Origin: a bacterium
GTDB taxonomy: Bacteria; Oederibacteriota; CAKKQC01
Length of the DNA: 64,000 bases
Direction: 5' to 3'
NCBI GenBank assembly: GCA_919901855.1
Contig: CAKKQC010000008.1
Location: 20,345 to 84,344 of the forward strand
The translations under genes and the position numbers were made by a program. How positions within the stretch are numbered: the first letter of the stretch is position 1; every line of letters starts with the position of its first letter. This document shows, piece after piece, positions 36,799 through 49,800 of this stretch. The notes under the pieces are model-generated. The model was not told where the DNA came from and ran no database searches. It saw only the letters and a program-made list of their open reading frames with translations.

Positions 36799-37821
36799 CT
36801 ACTTTCGCCGCGTCCGGCGTTCCAGGTCCCACTTCAGTCCCATCGACTCCCGGAGGCCGTCCAGGGCCTGCATGTTGCCCAGCGTGTCGCGCCAGCTCAT
36901 CTCGCGCGCCTCGCGCTTCCCCGCCAGGATGCACCGCGCCACGGTCTCGGCCTCGTGGGCGAAGTAGTGCTTGCCCTTGACGAGCTTCGATTCCGTCTTC
37001 CAGTCGTCGTACATCGTGATCTCGAGCTCGGCCTGCCCGTCCTCGGGGATCCACGGCGAGTTCAGCCGGACGCGGCCCTTGGTCCCGAAGACGGTCGCCG
37101 ACCAGTCCGAGTTCACCATCATCCCGCAGTCGAAGTACCCGATCGCGCCCGAGGGGAACTTCAACACGCCCGCGGCCCAGTGGTCCACGCGGCTCTTCTT
37201 CCCGATCACGGCCGTCGCCTTGACGTCGACGGGCTCCTGGCCCGCCACGAACCGCATGAACGACACCGGGTAGCAGCCGACGTCCATGAGCCCGCCCCCG
37301 CCCTCGGGGTTGCGCATCCGGACGTTGCTCTCGTTGATCCCGCCGAACGCGAACCCGGCCCGGATGAGCCGGATGTCGCCGAGCGCCCGCGACTTCAGGA
37401 GGGAGCGTAGCGTCTCCATCTGCGGGTGGCACCGGTACATGAACGCCTCCATGAGGAAGACGCCCCGCCGCTTCGCCGCCGCGATCATGGCTTTCGCCTC
37501 CGCGGCGTTCATGGCGAACGGCTTCTCGCAGAGCACGTGCTTGCCGGCCGCGATGGCCTTGAGCGTCCAGGGGCAGTGCAGGTGGTTGGGCAGGGCGATG
37601 TAGACGAGGTCCACGGACGGGTCCGCGACGACCTCCTCGTAGCTCCCGCACGCGGTCGGGATGCCGTAGCTGGCCGCGAACTCGCGCGCCTTCGCCGCAT
37701 TCCGCGACCCCACGGCCACGACCTCGGTCGACGCCGGCGGCGTGGCCTTGAACCCCTTCAGCACGCGGTGCGCGATGCCCCCCAGCCCGATGACGCCCCA
37801 GCGAACGGTCCTCTTGCTCAT
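36799..37821 (-). CDS. Gfo/Idh/MocA oxidoreductase (xylose dehydrogenase/glucose-fructose oxidoreductase-like)
   Basis: RWGVIGLGGIA, YIALPNHLH, HVLCEKP, MEAFMYRCHPQ, GGGLMDVGCY; SD AGGAGG before ATG 37821. Confidence 0.92.
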   Translation of the reverse strand: MSKRTVRWGVIGLGGIAHRVLKGFKATPPASTEVVAVGSRNAAKAREFAASYGIPTACGSYEEVVADPSVDLVYIALPNHLHCPWTLKAIAAGKHVLCEKPFAMNAAEAKAMIAAAKRRGVFLMEAFMYRCHPQMETLRSLLKSRALGDIRLIRAGFAFGGINESNVRMRNPEGGGGLMDVGCYPVSFMRFVAGQEPVDVKATAVIGKKSRVDHWAAGVLKFPSGAIGYFDCGMMVNSDWSATVFGTKGRVRLNSPWIPEDGQAELEITMYDDWKTESKLVKGKHYFAHEAETVARCILAGKREAREMSWRDTLGNMQALDGLRESMGLKWDLERRTRRK

Positions 37822-37882
37822 GGTGTTCCTCCTGTCAGGTCCTTCACGATACACCCGTCAGGCCGCCCGGTGCCCGGACTCG

Positions 37883-40800
37883 CTACGGCTTGACCTGGAT
37901 CTTGCCGATTTCGCGGGAGCCGGATGGGGCCTCGAAGACGTAGAAGTAGACACCCGCGGCGACGTGGGCCCCGCGCGTGTTCTTGCCGTCCCACGCCGCA
38001 CTGCCATTGACGTCCGCCGTCAGCCGGCGGATCAGTTCCGCGGCTGTCGAGTAGAGGCGGATCTCGGTGAACGGCGGCAGGTGCCGGAACTTGAGCGTGC
38101 CGCCCAGGGCGTCCCGCCAGTGGAACGGGTTGGGGAAGATGCGGCCGTCCACGAGGGAGCCCCCGGCCTCCACGATGACAACCGGATTGGAGGCCACGGG
38201 CGCCACGAGCGGAGCGTTGGCGCCGGTCGCGCCGGCCCGGAAGGTGACGGTTCCGCCGCGCATCGTCCGGTAGGTCCACGTGAACGCGCGGCAGGTGCCG
38301 GGAAGGATCGTGGCTCCAACCGGCTGGGGACCGCTCATCCAGGCCACCCCACCGTCGCCGGTCACGGCGATCGCCGTCGGGGACACGCCGTTGACCGTCA
38401 TCCCCCCCGTGTTCGACACGGTCATCACGACCGAGATGACGGCGTCCACCCCGGCGACGGACGGTGTCGCCACCAGCGACGCCGACAGGACCGGCCCCGC
38501 CTGGACGGTGATGCTCCGGACCAGGGATGCGGTCGCCGGCCCGCAGGCCGAAACGCCCGTCACTGTAAACGTCAGCGTCACGACGCCGGGTCCCGTGGCC
38601 GTGAACGTCCAGACGAATCCGACGGTGTCCCCCGGCGCGAGCGTCACCGGCCCCGGTGGCGCGGGCCCCGTAGGGCCGGCGACCGCCCCCAAGGCCGGGG
38701 AGACCGCAAGGACGGGTGACACCCCGGTGGCCGCGCTGCCGCCCGTATTCGTGACCGGCAGGACCGCGGTGAAGCACTGACCGATGGCCACCGTCGCAGG
38801 CGCGCCTATGGACAGGCCGAAGGCCGCGGACGTCAGGAACCACGAGGGGCCCGCCGCCGCCGGCGCCGCGACCGCCGCCCCCGAGTTGGCATCGGTGCCG
38901 GCCGGCGTAACCGTCCAGATGGCGCGGCCGCTTGTGCTCCCCGTAAACGTCCACGTGAAGGTCATCGCCGTCCCGCCTGGGACGACGGCCGGGAAGGGCG
39001 GCAGGGGCCCGGCGACAGCAGCCGCTCCCGCGCCGATCGCGGCGGGGGCGGGCGTGGCAACCCCCGCCGCGTCCGCCTGCCCCGTATTGGTCAAGGTGAG
39101 CGTCACGAGAATGCCCGTCCCCGTGCACACCGTGGTCGAGTAGACCGCGAGCGCCGCACGGAGCAAGGCGGGCGTCTGGATCAGGACGGTGCCCGAGACA
39201 AGCATACCCGGCGACAGCGGCAGGCCGGACACGGCGTCGGTGCCCGCGAGCGTCGCCGTGAAGTCCAGGCCGCCGGGCGCCGCCGCCTGGAAAACCCACG
39301 TGAAGGTCCGGCTCGCCCCCCCGGCCAGCACGGCGGGGAACGCGGGCGTGGGACCCGACGACCAGGTGACGAACGGGCCGTCCGGCTGGACCGGCGCCGC
39401 GGCCAGGTTTGCCGAGCCCCCCCCCGTGTTCGTAACCGTCAGCGTGACCCGCACGGCCTGGCCGACACTCACCCGGGTTGGGGCCGCCACCAGCGACGCC
39501 TGGAGGCCCGCCGGCGTCTCGACCGTCGTGGTCGTGGTCGCGGAAACCTGCGCCGGGCCGCAGGCTCCGGCGCCCGCCACGGTCATCGTGAACGTCACGG
39601 ACCCGGTGCCGGAGGCCGACCACGTCCAGGCGAAGGTGGTGGCGCCCCCGGGCGCTAGCGTGAGCGGACCGGACGGCGCCGACACCGGCACGACCAGACC
39701 GGCGCCGGGCCCCGCCGCGATCGCCGGGGTCGCGCCGAACAGCGCCGACCCTCCGGTGTTGGTCACGGTGACGCCCACGGTCAGCCACTGGCCGGTCACG
39801 ACCGCCGCTGGCACGGATGCGGAGACAGCCAGCGTGGGCGGCAGGACGACCGCGATCGCGGCGGCCGGGACCGGGCCCGTCGAGAGGCCGCCGCCGGTGT
39901 TCGCATCGGCGCCCGAGACGGTCGTCGAGAGCGTGAGCGCTCCGGGCGAGGCGCCCGAGAACGTCCACGTGAAGACGGCGGAGGCGCCGCCGGAGAGGGA
40001 TGCGGGCATGGCCGGGAACGGCCCCGCGACCGGGGACGCGGTCCCGCCGCCCGAGGCGCGGAACGCGGCCGTGGTCACGAGCGAGGCGGCCGCCCCGCCC
40101 GTATTCGTCACCGTCAGCGTCACCAGTACGGTCCCGCCCGCGCACACGGTCGCGGAGAGACACGCGAGCGACGCCTGGAGGGCCGCCGGAGCCTGGATGA
40201 GGACGCTCCCCGAGGCCGCCGGCCCCGCCGCCAGCGGCCACCCGGCGTTGGCGTCCGCCGCCGTAACCGTCGTGGTGAAGTCCACCCACCCCGGGGCCGT
40301 GCCCACGTACGTCCACGTGAAGGTCACCGCCGCCCCCCCCGCGAGCGGAACGGGGATTGAGGGGAACGGACCATCCGCCAGCACGGCTGCCCCCGTTCCG
40401 CTCGCGAAAGGCATGGCCGGGGCGACGGAGGTCGCCCCGGCCTGCCCCGTGTTCGTCACGGTCAGCGTGACGAGGAAGCCCTGACCCGTGTCCCGCGGCG
40501 ACGGGAAGGCGCGGAGCGCGGCCTCGAGCGAGGCGGGCACCTGGACCGTCGCCGAGACGCTCCCGGTCGCGAGGAGGACGGTCGCCTCGCACGTGTCTCC
40601 CGAGGCCGTCATCGTGAACCGGATGAGTCCGGCCCCCGCCGCCGACCACGTCCACGCGAAGGTCGTGGCACCCCCGGCCGTCAGCGTGAGCGGACCGGAC
40701 GGTGCAGACTCCGGCGCGACCAGACCGGCGCCGGGCCCCACCGCGATCGATGGAGTGACGTTCCGGACGTCCGACCCGCCCTCGTTCGTGACGGTCAGCG

Positions 40801-43800
40801 CGACGGTTAGCCACTGCCCCGCGGACACGACCAGCCCGGCCGACGCCGCCGACACCAGAACCCCGGGGGCCCGGACGGTTACGGGCCCCGCCGTCAGCGG
40901 CCCGGTCGCGATCGCCGCGCCCGAATCGGCGTCCGTGCCGGTGACCGTGGCCGTGAACCCGGCCGCGCCCGGCGACGCGCCAGAGAGCGTCCAGGTGAAG
41001 ACCACCGACCCGCCGCCCGGCACGCCCGCCGGCGGCGCCGGCCACGGCCCCGCGACGAACACCACGCCGGGCTCGCCGCCGATTGCGGGGGTAACGCCGG
41101 CGGCCGCCGCTTCACCCGCATTGGTGACCGTCAGGGTCACCAGAAACGTGTCGCCGATGCAGACCCCGTCCGCCAGCACGGTGAGCGTGGCGCCGAGCGC
41201 GGCCGGCGCCTGGACCGTGGAGGCGACCAGGGCCGTCGCTGTCAGCGCCGTCGACCCGCACGTGACGCCGGCCACCGTGGCCGAAAAGACGACGGGACCG
41301 GTCCCGGTCGCAGTGAAGGACCACACGAACGTCTGCGCGGCCAGCCCGGCCAGCGTCACCGGCCCCGGCGGCTCGGGCCCCAGCGCCGCGCTGAGCAGGG
41401 CGGCGCCCGGCCCCGCCGCTAGCGCGGCCACGACCCCCGTGACGCCGGCGGCCCCCGTGTTCGTCGCCGTCACCGTCACCTGGAACCACTCGCCCGTCGA
41501 GACAGCGACCGGGGCCGAAGCCGCGGCCTCCAGCGTCCCGGGCGCGAGGACGGCGACCGTACCGGACTGGACCGGGCCCGTCGTCAGCGGCGCCCCGCTG
41601 TTCGCGTCCGCCCCCGTCACCGTCGCCGTCAGAGCCGAGACGCCCGGTGCGGTCCCGGCATAGGTCCAGGTGAAGGTCATCGCGCCCCCGCCGGGCAGGA
41701 TCACGGGGAACGCCGGGGACGGTCCCGACCCGGGCGCCGCCGCTCCGCCGGTCTCGAGCAGGGGTTCTGACGCTACCCCGGTAGCGTCCGCTTCGCCCGT
41801 ATTGGTCACGGTCAACGTCACGAGGAAGCTCCCCCCCGCGCAGACGGACGCCGGCCACGCGATGAGCGTGGCGTCGAGCCGCGCTGGCACCTGGATCGTC
41901 GTCGAGGCCGCCGTGGCGGCAAGCACGGCCGTCCCCGCGCAGGTCGAGCCGGATGCAGTCGCCGTGAACCCCGCGAGTCCCGCCCCGGAGGCGGAGAACG
42001 TCCACGTGAAGGTCGTCGCGCTCCCGGGCGCCAGCGTCACGGGGCCCGGCGGCGACGGCCCGCTTTCCGGCACAACGAGCTCCGCGCCGGGCCCAGCCGC
42101 CACATCGGGCATGATGCCATCCACCGCCGACCCGCCCGTGTTGGTCACGGTCAGGCACACGGTCACCCACTGGCCGACGGACACTCGGGGCGTCGACGCC
42201 GCCGCCACCTCCAGCACGCCCGCGGTCACGACCGTCGAGGACGCCGCCTCCGTCGCGTACGTCGTCGCCCCGTTCGCCATCGTCGCGAGCGCCGCGTTCG
42301 CGATCACGGTGCCCGTGGAAAGCGTCGAGGACACGCGGACCTGGAACTGGAGGCTGCCCGTGGCGCCCGGCGCGACCCGGTCCACGATCCAACGCAGGAC
42401 GAGCGGGCTCCCGGCGCCGTCCGGCGGCTCGCCGGCGGTCCACGGGCCCGCCGCCGAGGCCGCGTAGGCCGACGCCGCAGGCGCCGGCGTCCCCCACCCG
42501 TCCGCGCCGGCCGTGTAAACGACGCTGGGCGCGATCCAGGCCACGCCGCCCGGGAGCGTGTCGAGGAGGACCAACTCAAGGACCGTCGCGACGCCGGCGT
42601 TGCTCCACGACAGCGTGTAGGCGAGGATCGAGCCCGCGCAGACCTCGCCCGGCGGCTCCACCGACTTGTGCACGACCGGCAGGCCCCAGACCACGTCCAC
42701 CCAGACCGTGTTGCTCGTGACCCCGGACAGCGGCGTCCCCGGCGGATCCGTGTAGTCGAGGCGGGCGACGTTGGGCCCGACCGGAGCCGAGGCCCCCGTC
42801 ACCGACACCGTCAGCGTGACGAAACCGGCCATGCCGGGGTCCAGCGACGGCAGGCTCCAATCCACCTTCGTGCCGTCGAAGACGCCGCCGTCCGAGGCCG
42901 CGACGAAGACCGTCCCCGGGGGCAGGGTATCCCACAGCGCGAGGTTCGCCGCCGTCACCAGGCACGCATTGCCGAACGCGATCGTGTAGGTCACGGGCGC
43001 GCCCGCGGTCACGGCCCAGGCGCTCGGCGTCATCGTCAGCTCCACGGCTCCGCGGTACACGGCCGCCTCCTCGGTGTCGTAAACGCGGCAGTCCCCGGCC
43101 TGCGTCGCGGAGGCGCGGTTGGCAATCACGGTCGCCACCGGGACGGCCGACGCGACCGACGCCCGGAACTCGAGCCAGCCGGACTGGCCGGGTGCCACCC
43201 GGTTCACGACCCAGCGCAGGATCACGGGCGGCGCCGTGGCGTCCGGCGGCTCGCCCGGCGTCCACGGGCCCGCGACGGACGCCGCCCAGGCGCTCGCCGT
43301 TACCGCGGGAACCCCCAGCCAGTCCGCGCCCAGCCAGCTCCCGAACGACGGCGCGACCACGGTCAGCCCCGCCGGCAGGGTGTCCGTCAGCGTGAGCCCG
43401 TACACGGTCGCCGCGCCCGCGTTGCTCCACGCCACCCGATAGGTCAGGACGCTGTCCCCGCAGGCGTAGCGGTCGGGCGACACGGTCTTGTGGACGACCG
43501 GCGTGGGGCAGGACGGCGCCACGCCCGAGGCCAGGAGGTACGGCGTCCCGGCGGTGCCGTCGCACGCCGTCCACACCGTGCCCCAGAGGGCCACGGCGAG
43601 CGGCATGTAGCCGGCCGGCCAGTCGAGGAACCCCTCCCGCGTCGAACAGCCCCAGTTCGAGAGGTAGGCGTCGTCGATGGCCGCCAGCGCCGGATGGTCG
43701 GCCACCTTGTGCGCCGCGTCCACGCAGACGGTCGCTCCGATCGCGGCCGTCGTGAAGTCCCCGAGCCCGGCCAGGAGGTCCACAGCCACCGGCGCCGCGC

Positions 43801-46800
43801 CCTCGTACGCGCAGCTCAGCGAGGCGTAGAGCCCCGTCGCGGGAGCGCCGCGCTCCGCGGCGAAGAGGACGGCCTGGTGAACGAGCTCGGACTTCCCGGC
43901 CGCGTCCGGCGACGCGCCCATGAGGATGACGTTGCCGGTCACGGCCAGACTCCAGACGTCCCGCGTCGCGATCGCCGCGTCCCAGATCGTCGCGCTCGCG
44001 TGGCAGGCCGGCTGGTCGCCAAACACGATCGCGTCGAACGCGGCGAAGTCCGCCGTGGTCTTCGTGGCCCACGTGGCCTCGTTCCAGACCGTGATCGTGA
44101 TGCCGGGCGTCGTCGCGGCCAGCCCGCCCGCGTCGGGGCCGTAAAAGAGGATTCTCTTGCGGGGCAACTGGATCACGAGGTCGGCGGCCGCAACCCCGGT
44201 CACGGTCCCGGACAGGCCGGTGTCGACACCCACAGCCGTCAGCGTGAAGTGCACGGTGCCGGCCGCGCTGCCGCTCACGGTCCACGCGAACGTCGCGGAA
44301 GCCCCCGGGGCCAGGCTCCCCGCGAACGGCGGGGTCGGCCCGTCGAGGACCGCGGCGAGCGCGGCCCCCGGCCCCATCGCCAGCGCGGGGGTCACGTTCA
44401 CGAGGTCGGTGCATCCCGTGTTCGTCACCGTGAGCGCCACCCGCGACCACTCGCCCACGGAGATGACGGATGCGGAGACGGATGCCGCGACCCCCAGGCC
44501 CATGGTCACGTACCGCCGGATCAGCCAGTTCTGGCTCTGGCCCAGGTCCGCGCGCGTCGCCGTCCCCGCCGCGATCAGGGCATGCCCGTCCGCCGGCACC
44601 GCGCATGCCATCACGTAGTCGTCCGTGCTGCCGGGACTGCTGTGGGTCACACTCCAGACGAGGGTTCCACCCGCCGCGTACTTGCGGATGAGCCAGTTCA
44701 TCCCCTGCCCGGTCACGGTCTCCATACCGCCCACCACGACGTCGCCGTTCCCGTCGACGGCGCAGGCGTCGGCCTCGTCCGCCAGGTTGGCGGCGCCGTT
44801 GTACCCCTGGCTCCAGAGCAGGTTCCCGGACGCGTCGTACTTGCGAACCAGCCAGTTCCTCCCCTGGCCGACGTCGGTCCGTGTCTCGACCCCGGCGACG
44901 TACGCGTTCCCGGAGCCGTCCACGGCCACCCCACACGCGAAGTCGTCACCGTTGGCCGGACCGTTGTATGTCCGACTCCAAAGGAGGGCCCCCGAGGCGT
45001 CGTACTTTCGAACGAGCCAGTTGAATCCTTGTCCGGTCACCGTCTCCATGCCGGCCACGACGGGATTCCCCGACGAGTCGACGGCAACCGCCCATGCCTC
45101 ATCCGAGCCGCTGGCCGGGCCGTTGTACCCCCCGCTCCACAGCAAGGCCCCGGTGTTCGAGTACTTCCGGAGCAACACGTTCAACCCCTGTCCCCCCGCC
45201 GCCTCCCAGCCCGCGACCCACGCATTGCCGCCCGCGTCGACCGCGACGCCGCGCGACTCGTCGGAGGCGACACCAGCGGAGGAGTACGTCCGGCTCCAGA
45301 CCAGATTCCCCGCGAGGTCATAGCGCCTGATCATCCAGTTGTAGTCGGCCGGAGAGACCTCCTCGCGGCCCGCGACCACAGCATCGCCGTTCGCCGCATC
45401 GATCGCGACCGCGTACGGAAAGTCGTACCGCGCGGCGGCGTTCTTGTAGGTCCGGTCCCACTGCAGGTTTCCATCCGGATCGTACCGGCGGACGCGCCAC
45501 TGGAAACTCGGGCCGGCGTACTGGTCCCACCCCGCGATGACGGCGTTGCCGGCGCCGTCCATGGCCACACCCGACACGACCTCGGTGCCATTGACCGGAT
45601 CGTTGAACGTCCGGGACCACGACAGGACCGGCGCGCACGACGGCGGAGCCGGCGGGAAGATCTGGAGTTGCGCCGTCCCGGAGGCCGCCACCGGTCCCCC
45701 ACCCCCGGTGTCCGTCCCCGAGGCGGTGAGCGTGAAGACGGTAGTGCCCGCCGCGAGGGTGCTGTAGGTCCAGGTGAAGCTCGCGGACGACCCGGGAGCG
45801 AGCGAGGCGATGGAGGCGGGCACGGGCCCCGACGAGAGGCTCACGAGCGCGGCACCGGGCGCGACCACGATCGCGGGCGTCACCCCGGTGAGCGTATCGC
45901 ACCCCGTGTTCGTCACCGTGAGCACTACCTCGACGGGGTCCCCGGCCGTCGCCGTCGACGGGGTGACAGCCGCCGACCCCGCCAGGTGGGCCGCGGCCAC
46001 GGTCACGTACTTGCGCACCAGCCAATTGGGTGCCTGCAGGATGTCGTTGCGCCATTCCATGCCCCCCGCGGCCACCGTGAGCCCGTCCGGGGACACCGCG
46101 CAGCCGTAGAGGGCGTCGTCCGCGCTGGACGGGTTGTTGTACGTCACGCTCCAGGCCAGCGTCCCGCCGGGGCCATACATCCGCATGAGCCAATTCGTCA
46201 GCTGGCCCGTCACGTTCTCCATGCCCGCGACCACGGCGTCACCCGCCCCGTCCACGCACACGGCGTAGGCTTCGTCCGCGCCGTTGGCGGCCCCGTTGTA
46301 CGTCACGGTCCAGAGCAGGGCCCCGCCCGGCGCGTACTTGCGCATGATCCAGTTGGTGCCTTGTCCCGTCACCGTCAAGTAGCCCGCCACGTACACGCTG
46401 CCCGAGGGGTCGCAGGCTACGCCCCGCGCGACGTCGTCGCCGTTCGCCGCCCCGTTGTAGCCGGCGTTCCAGAGGACGTTGCCGCCCGTGTCGTACTTGC
46501 GGACGAGCCAATTCATCCCCTGCCCCGCGACCGTCTCCTGCCCGGCCACCACAGGGTTGCCGGCCGGATCGACGGCGACCGCCCAGGCGATGTCGGCCCC
46601 GTTGGCGGCGCCGTTGTACGACACGCTCCAGACCAGTCCCCCGGCGCTCGTGTACTTGCGGATCAGCCAGTTGTTCGACTGCCCCGCGCGGGTTTCGTGG
46701 CCCACGGCGTAGACGTTGCCGCTCGCGTCGACCGCGACGCCCTGCGGGGAGTCCGCGACCGTCCCGGGGCTCGTGTACGTGGCCGCCCAGCCGAAGATGC

Positions 46801-49800
46801 CCGCGCTGTCGTACTTCCGGATCATCCAGTTGAAGTTCCCGGCGGAGACCTCCTCCATCCCCACCGCCACCACGGCCGCCGTCAACGGGTTCACGGCGAC
46901 GGCATGGAGGAAGTCGTGGGCAGCGTACGCGTTGCGGTAGGTCTGGGTCCACTGCACGTTCCCGTTGGCATCGAACTTCCGGAGGAGCCAGCCGAAGCTG
47001 GGCCCCGCGTACTGCTCGCGGCCCCCGACAATCACGTTCCCGGCGGCGTCCATGGCAACGGCCTCCACGTCGTCGTCGCCGTTCACGACGTTGTTGTAGG
47101 TGCGCGACCATATGATGGCCGGCGGCCCGCACGCGCCGGGAGGCGGCGGCGTCCCGATCGTGAGGACCGCCGTGGCGGACGCCTGGAGGCCGGCGGCGGT
47201 CACGACATCGATGCCCGAGGCCGTCATGGTAAATGTCGCAGTACCAGCCGCGATCGTGTCGTACGTCCACGTGAACGTCGCCGACGCGCCCGGGGCCATG
47301 AACCCCACCGAGGCCGGGACGGGCCCCGACGAGAGGCTCACGAGCCCGGCACCGGGCGCGACCACGATCGCGGGCGTCACCCCGCTGAGCGTGTCGCACC
47401 CGGTGTTGGACACGGTCAGCGTGACGACGGCCGGGACGCCGACGTTGACAGATGACGGGGCCACGCTCCCCGCGGCCGAGAGCGACGGCCCCGGTCCGTA
47501 TTGGCGCACGACGAGGTCCGTGGCCGCAATGTCCCAAGAAGTCCCGGCCAGGGCGAAGACGCCGCCCGGCGCCGTGGCCACGCCCCACGCGTCGTCCGTA
47601 TCGTGCGCGGGCGAGTCGTAGGTGTCCTCCCAGACCAGGTTGCCGCCGGGATCGTACTTCCGGACTCTCCAGTTCCAGTCCTGCCCGAGGTCGGCACGAT
47701 CCTCGATGCCCAGCACGATGACGTTGCCGTACGCATCGGACGCGGCCGAATAGGCGAGGACGTCCTGCCCCGGGACGGCATAGGCTTTTGTCCATATTGT
47801 CTGGCCCGCGCCGTCGTACTTGCATACGCGCCAAACGGCGTTGAAGGAGGGCCCGATCTCGTAGCCGGCGACGATGACGTTCTGCGACGGGTCCACGGCC
47901 ACCCCGAACCCCGCGTCACCCTGGCCCAGCGGACCGTCGTACGTCCGGCTCCAGAGGAGGGTGCCGGACGAATCGTATTTCAGGACGAGCGCGTTGCTGC
48001 TGAACCCCACCGGATCGAAGTACTCCCCCGCGACGACGCTGTTCCCCGATCCGTCCACGGCTACCGCATACGCCGTGTCAAAGGAGAACCCCGTGGGTTC
48101 GCTGGTGTAGCTCACGCTCCAGAGCAGGGCTCCGGCGCTGTCATACTTCCTCGTCAGCCAGTTCGTCTCGGTGCCCAGATCGTATCGCGTTTCCATCCCG
48201 GCCACGACGACGTTGTCGGCGCCCTCCACGGCGACGTCGTAGGCCACGTCATCCTGCCATCCAGGGCTGGCATAGCTCACGCTCCATAGCAGGGTGCCCC
48301 CGCTGTCGTACTTCCGGATCCGCCAGTCGCCCCCCTGGACCAGGTCGGGGCGGTCCTCGATCCCGCAGACGACGATGTTGTCCCCGGAATCGACGGCGAC
48401 GCCGTAGGCGATGTCGACCCCGCTCGCCGGACTGTCGTAAGTCCGCTCCCAGACGAGCACCCCCGCGCTCGTGAATTTGCGGATCTCCCAGTCGCCCGGG
48501 TCCGTGTCGCCGACGACGATCACGTTCTTAAGGGAGTCGTACGCCACATCGCGCGCACCAGCCCAGCCCAGGGCGGGGGTCCCCGCGTACGTGCGCGTCC
48601 ACTGCTCGGAGGAGGGGCACGCGACCGACGGGGGGACGATCGTGACGGAGCCGGAATCCCCGGCCGCCACCGGCCCGCCGGACAGCAGGTCGGTTCCCGT
48701 CGCCGTGCCGGCCATGGCGACCGTTCCCGTCGCCAGGGCGTTGTACGTCCAGACGAATGTCTGCGCCTTCCCCGCCGCGATCGTGACCGGCCCCGCCGGG
48801 ACCGGGCCGCTCGCGTACCCGGCCAGCGCCGCCCCGGCATCGAACCCGATGGAAGGCAGGACGCCGGTCGCATCGGCATCCCCGGAGTTCGTGACGAGCA
48901 GCAAGGCCGTGAACTGGTACCCCACCTCGACCGGCGACGGGACGAACGACAACGCCGCCGTCAGCGCGGCACCGCTCAGGGCGCCGAACGAACTCGTGGC
49001 GGACGCCGCGAACGAACAGCCCGAGACCGCATGCTGGCCGGTCGCGGTCCCGGTCACGTTTACGCTCCCCGTACCGGCGACCGAGTATGTCCAGACGAAG
49101 GTCTGGGCCGCCCCGGCGCCGAGGGCGACCGGCGGCGCCGGGACCGGCCCGCTCTCCCACGTCAGGAGCCCTTCGCCGGCGTTGAACTGGAGCGCGGGCA
49201 CGACGTTGCCGGCCGCGGCGCCCCCCGAGTTCGTGACCGTGAGCGCGATCGTGATCCACTGGCCGGCGGTGCAGGCCGGGGGGACCGCGAGCGCGACCGC
49301 GAAGGCCCCGGAGGCCGGGACCGTGATCGGGTTCGAGGACCGGGGACCCGTCGACACCGTCGCGGACGAGTTGGCATCCAGGGCCGTGATCGTCGCCGTG
49401 AACTTGAGCGTGCCCGGGGCGGTCGGCGAGTACGTCCAGGTCAGGTTCGCCGAGGCGCCGCCCGCCAGCGCCGGGATCGAGGCGGGATTCGTCAGCCGTA
49501 CCGCCGCCCCCGTCCCCTCGACGCGGAGGTTCGGCGACCCCGTGACCGCGCCCAGGGTCGCGCCCCCGGTGTTCGTAACGGTGAGCACGACGGAGACCAC
49601 CCCGCCGACGCAGACCGGATCGGGCGAGGCGGTCGCCGGGCTCCCGGCGAGCGCCGCCGGCGTCTGGATAAGCTCCACGTTCGAGACCACGGGGCCGGCC
49701 CGGAGGGAGGAGCCGAACGCGGGGTCGGTCGCCGTCACCGTCGTCGAGAAGACGACGGGACCCGCGGCGACGGCCGTGTACGTCCAGGTGAACGTCACGG

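Noticed and set aside
44510-48605. Diversity-generating retroelement template/variable repeat pair
   Set aside because: Repeats are in-frame domain duplications without adenine-specific mismatches, and there is no reverse transcriptase.
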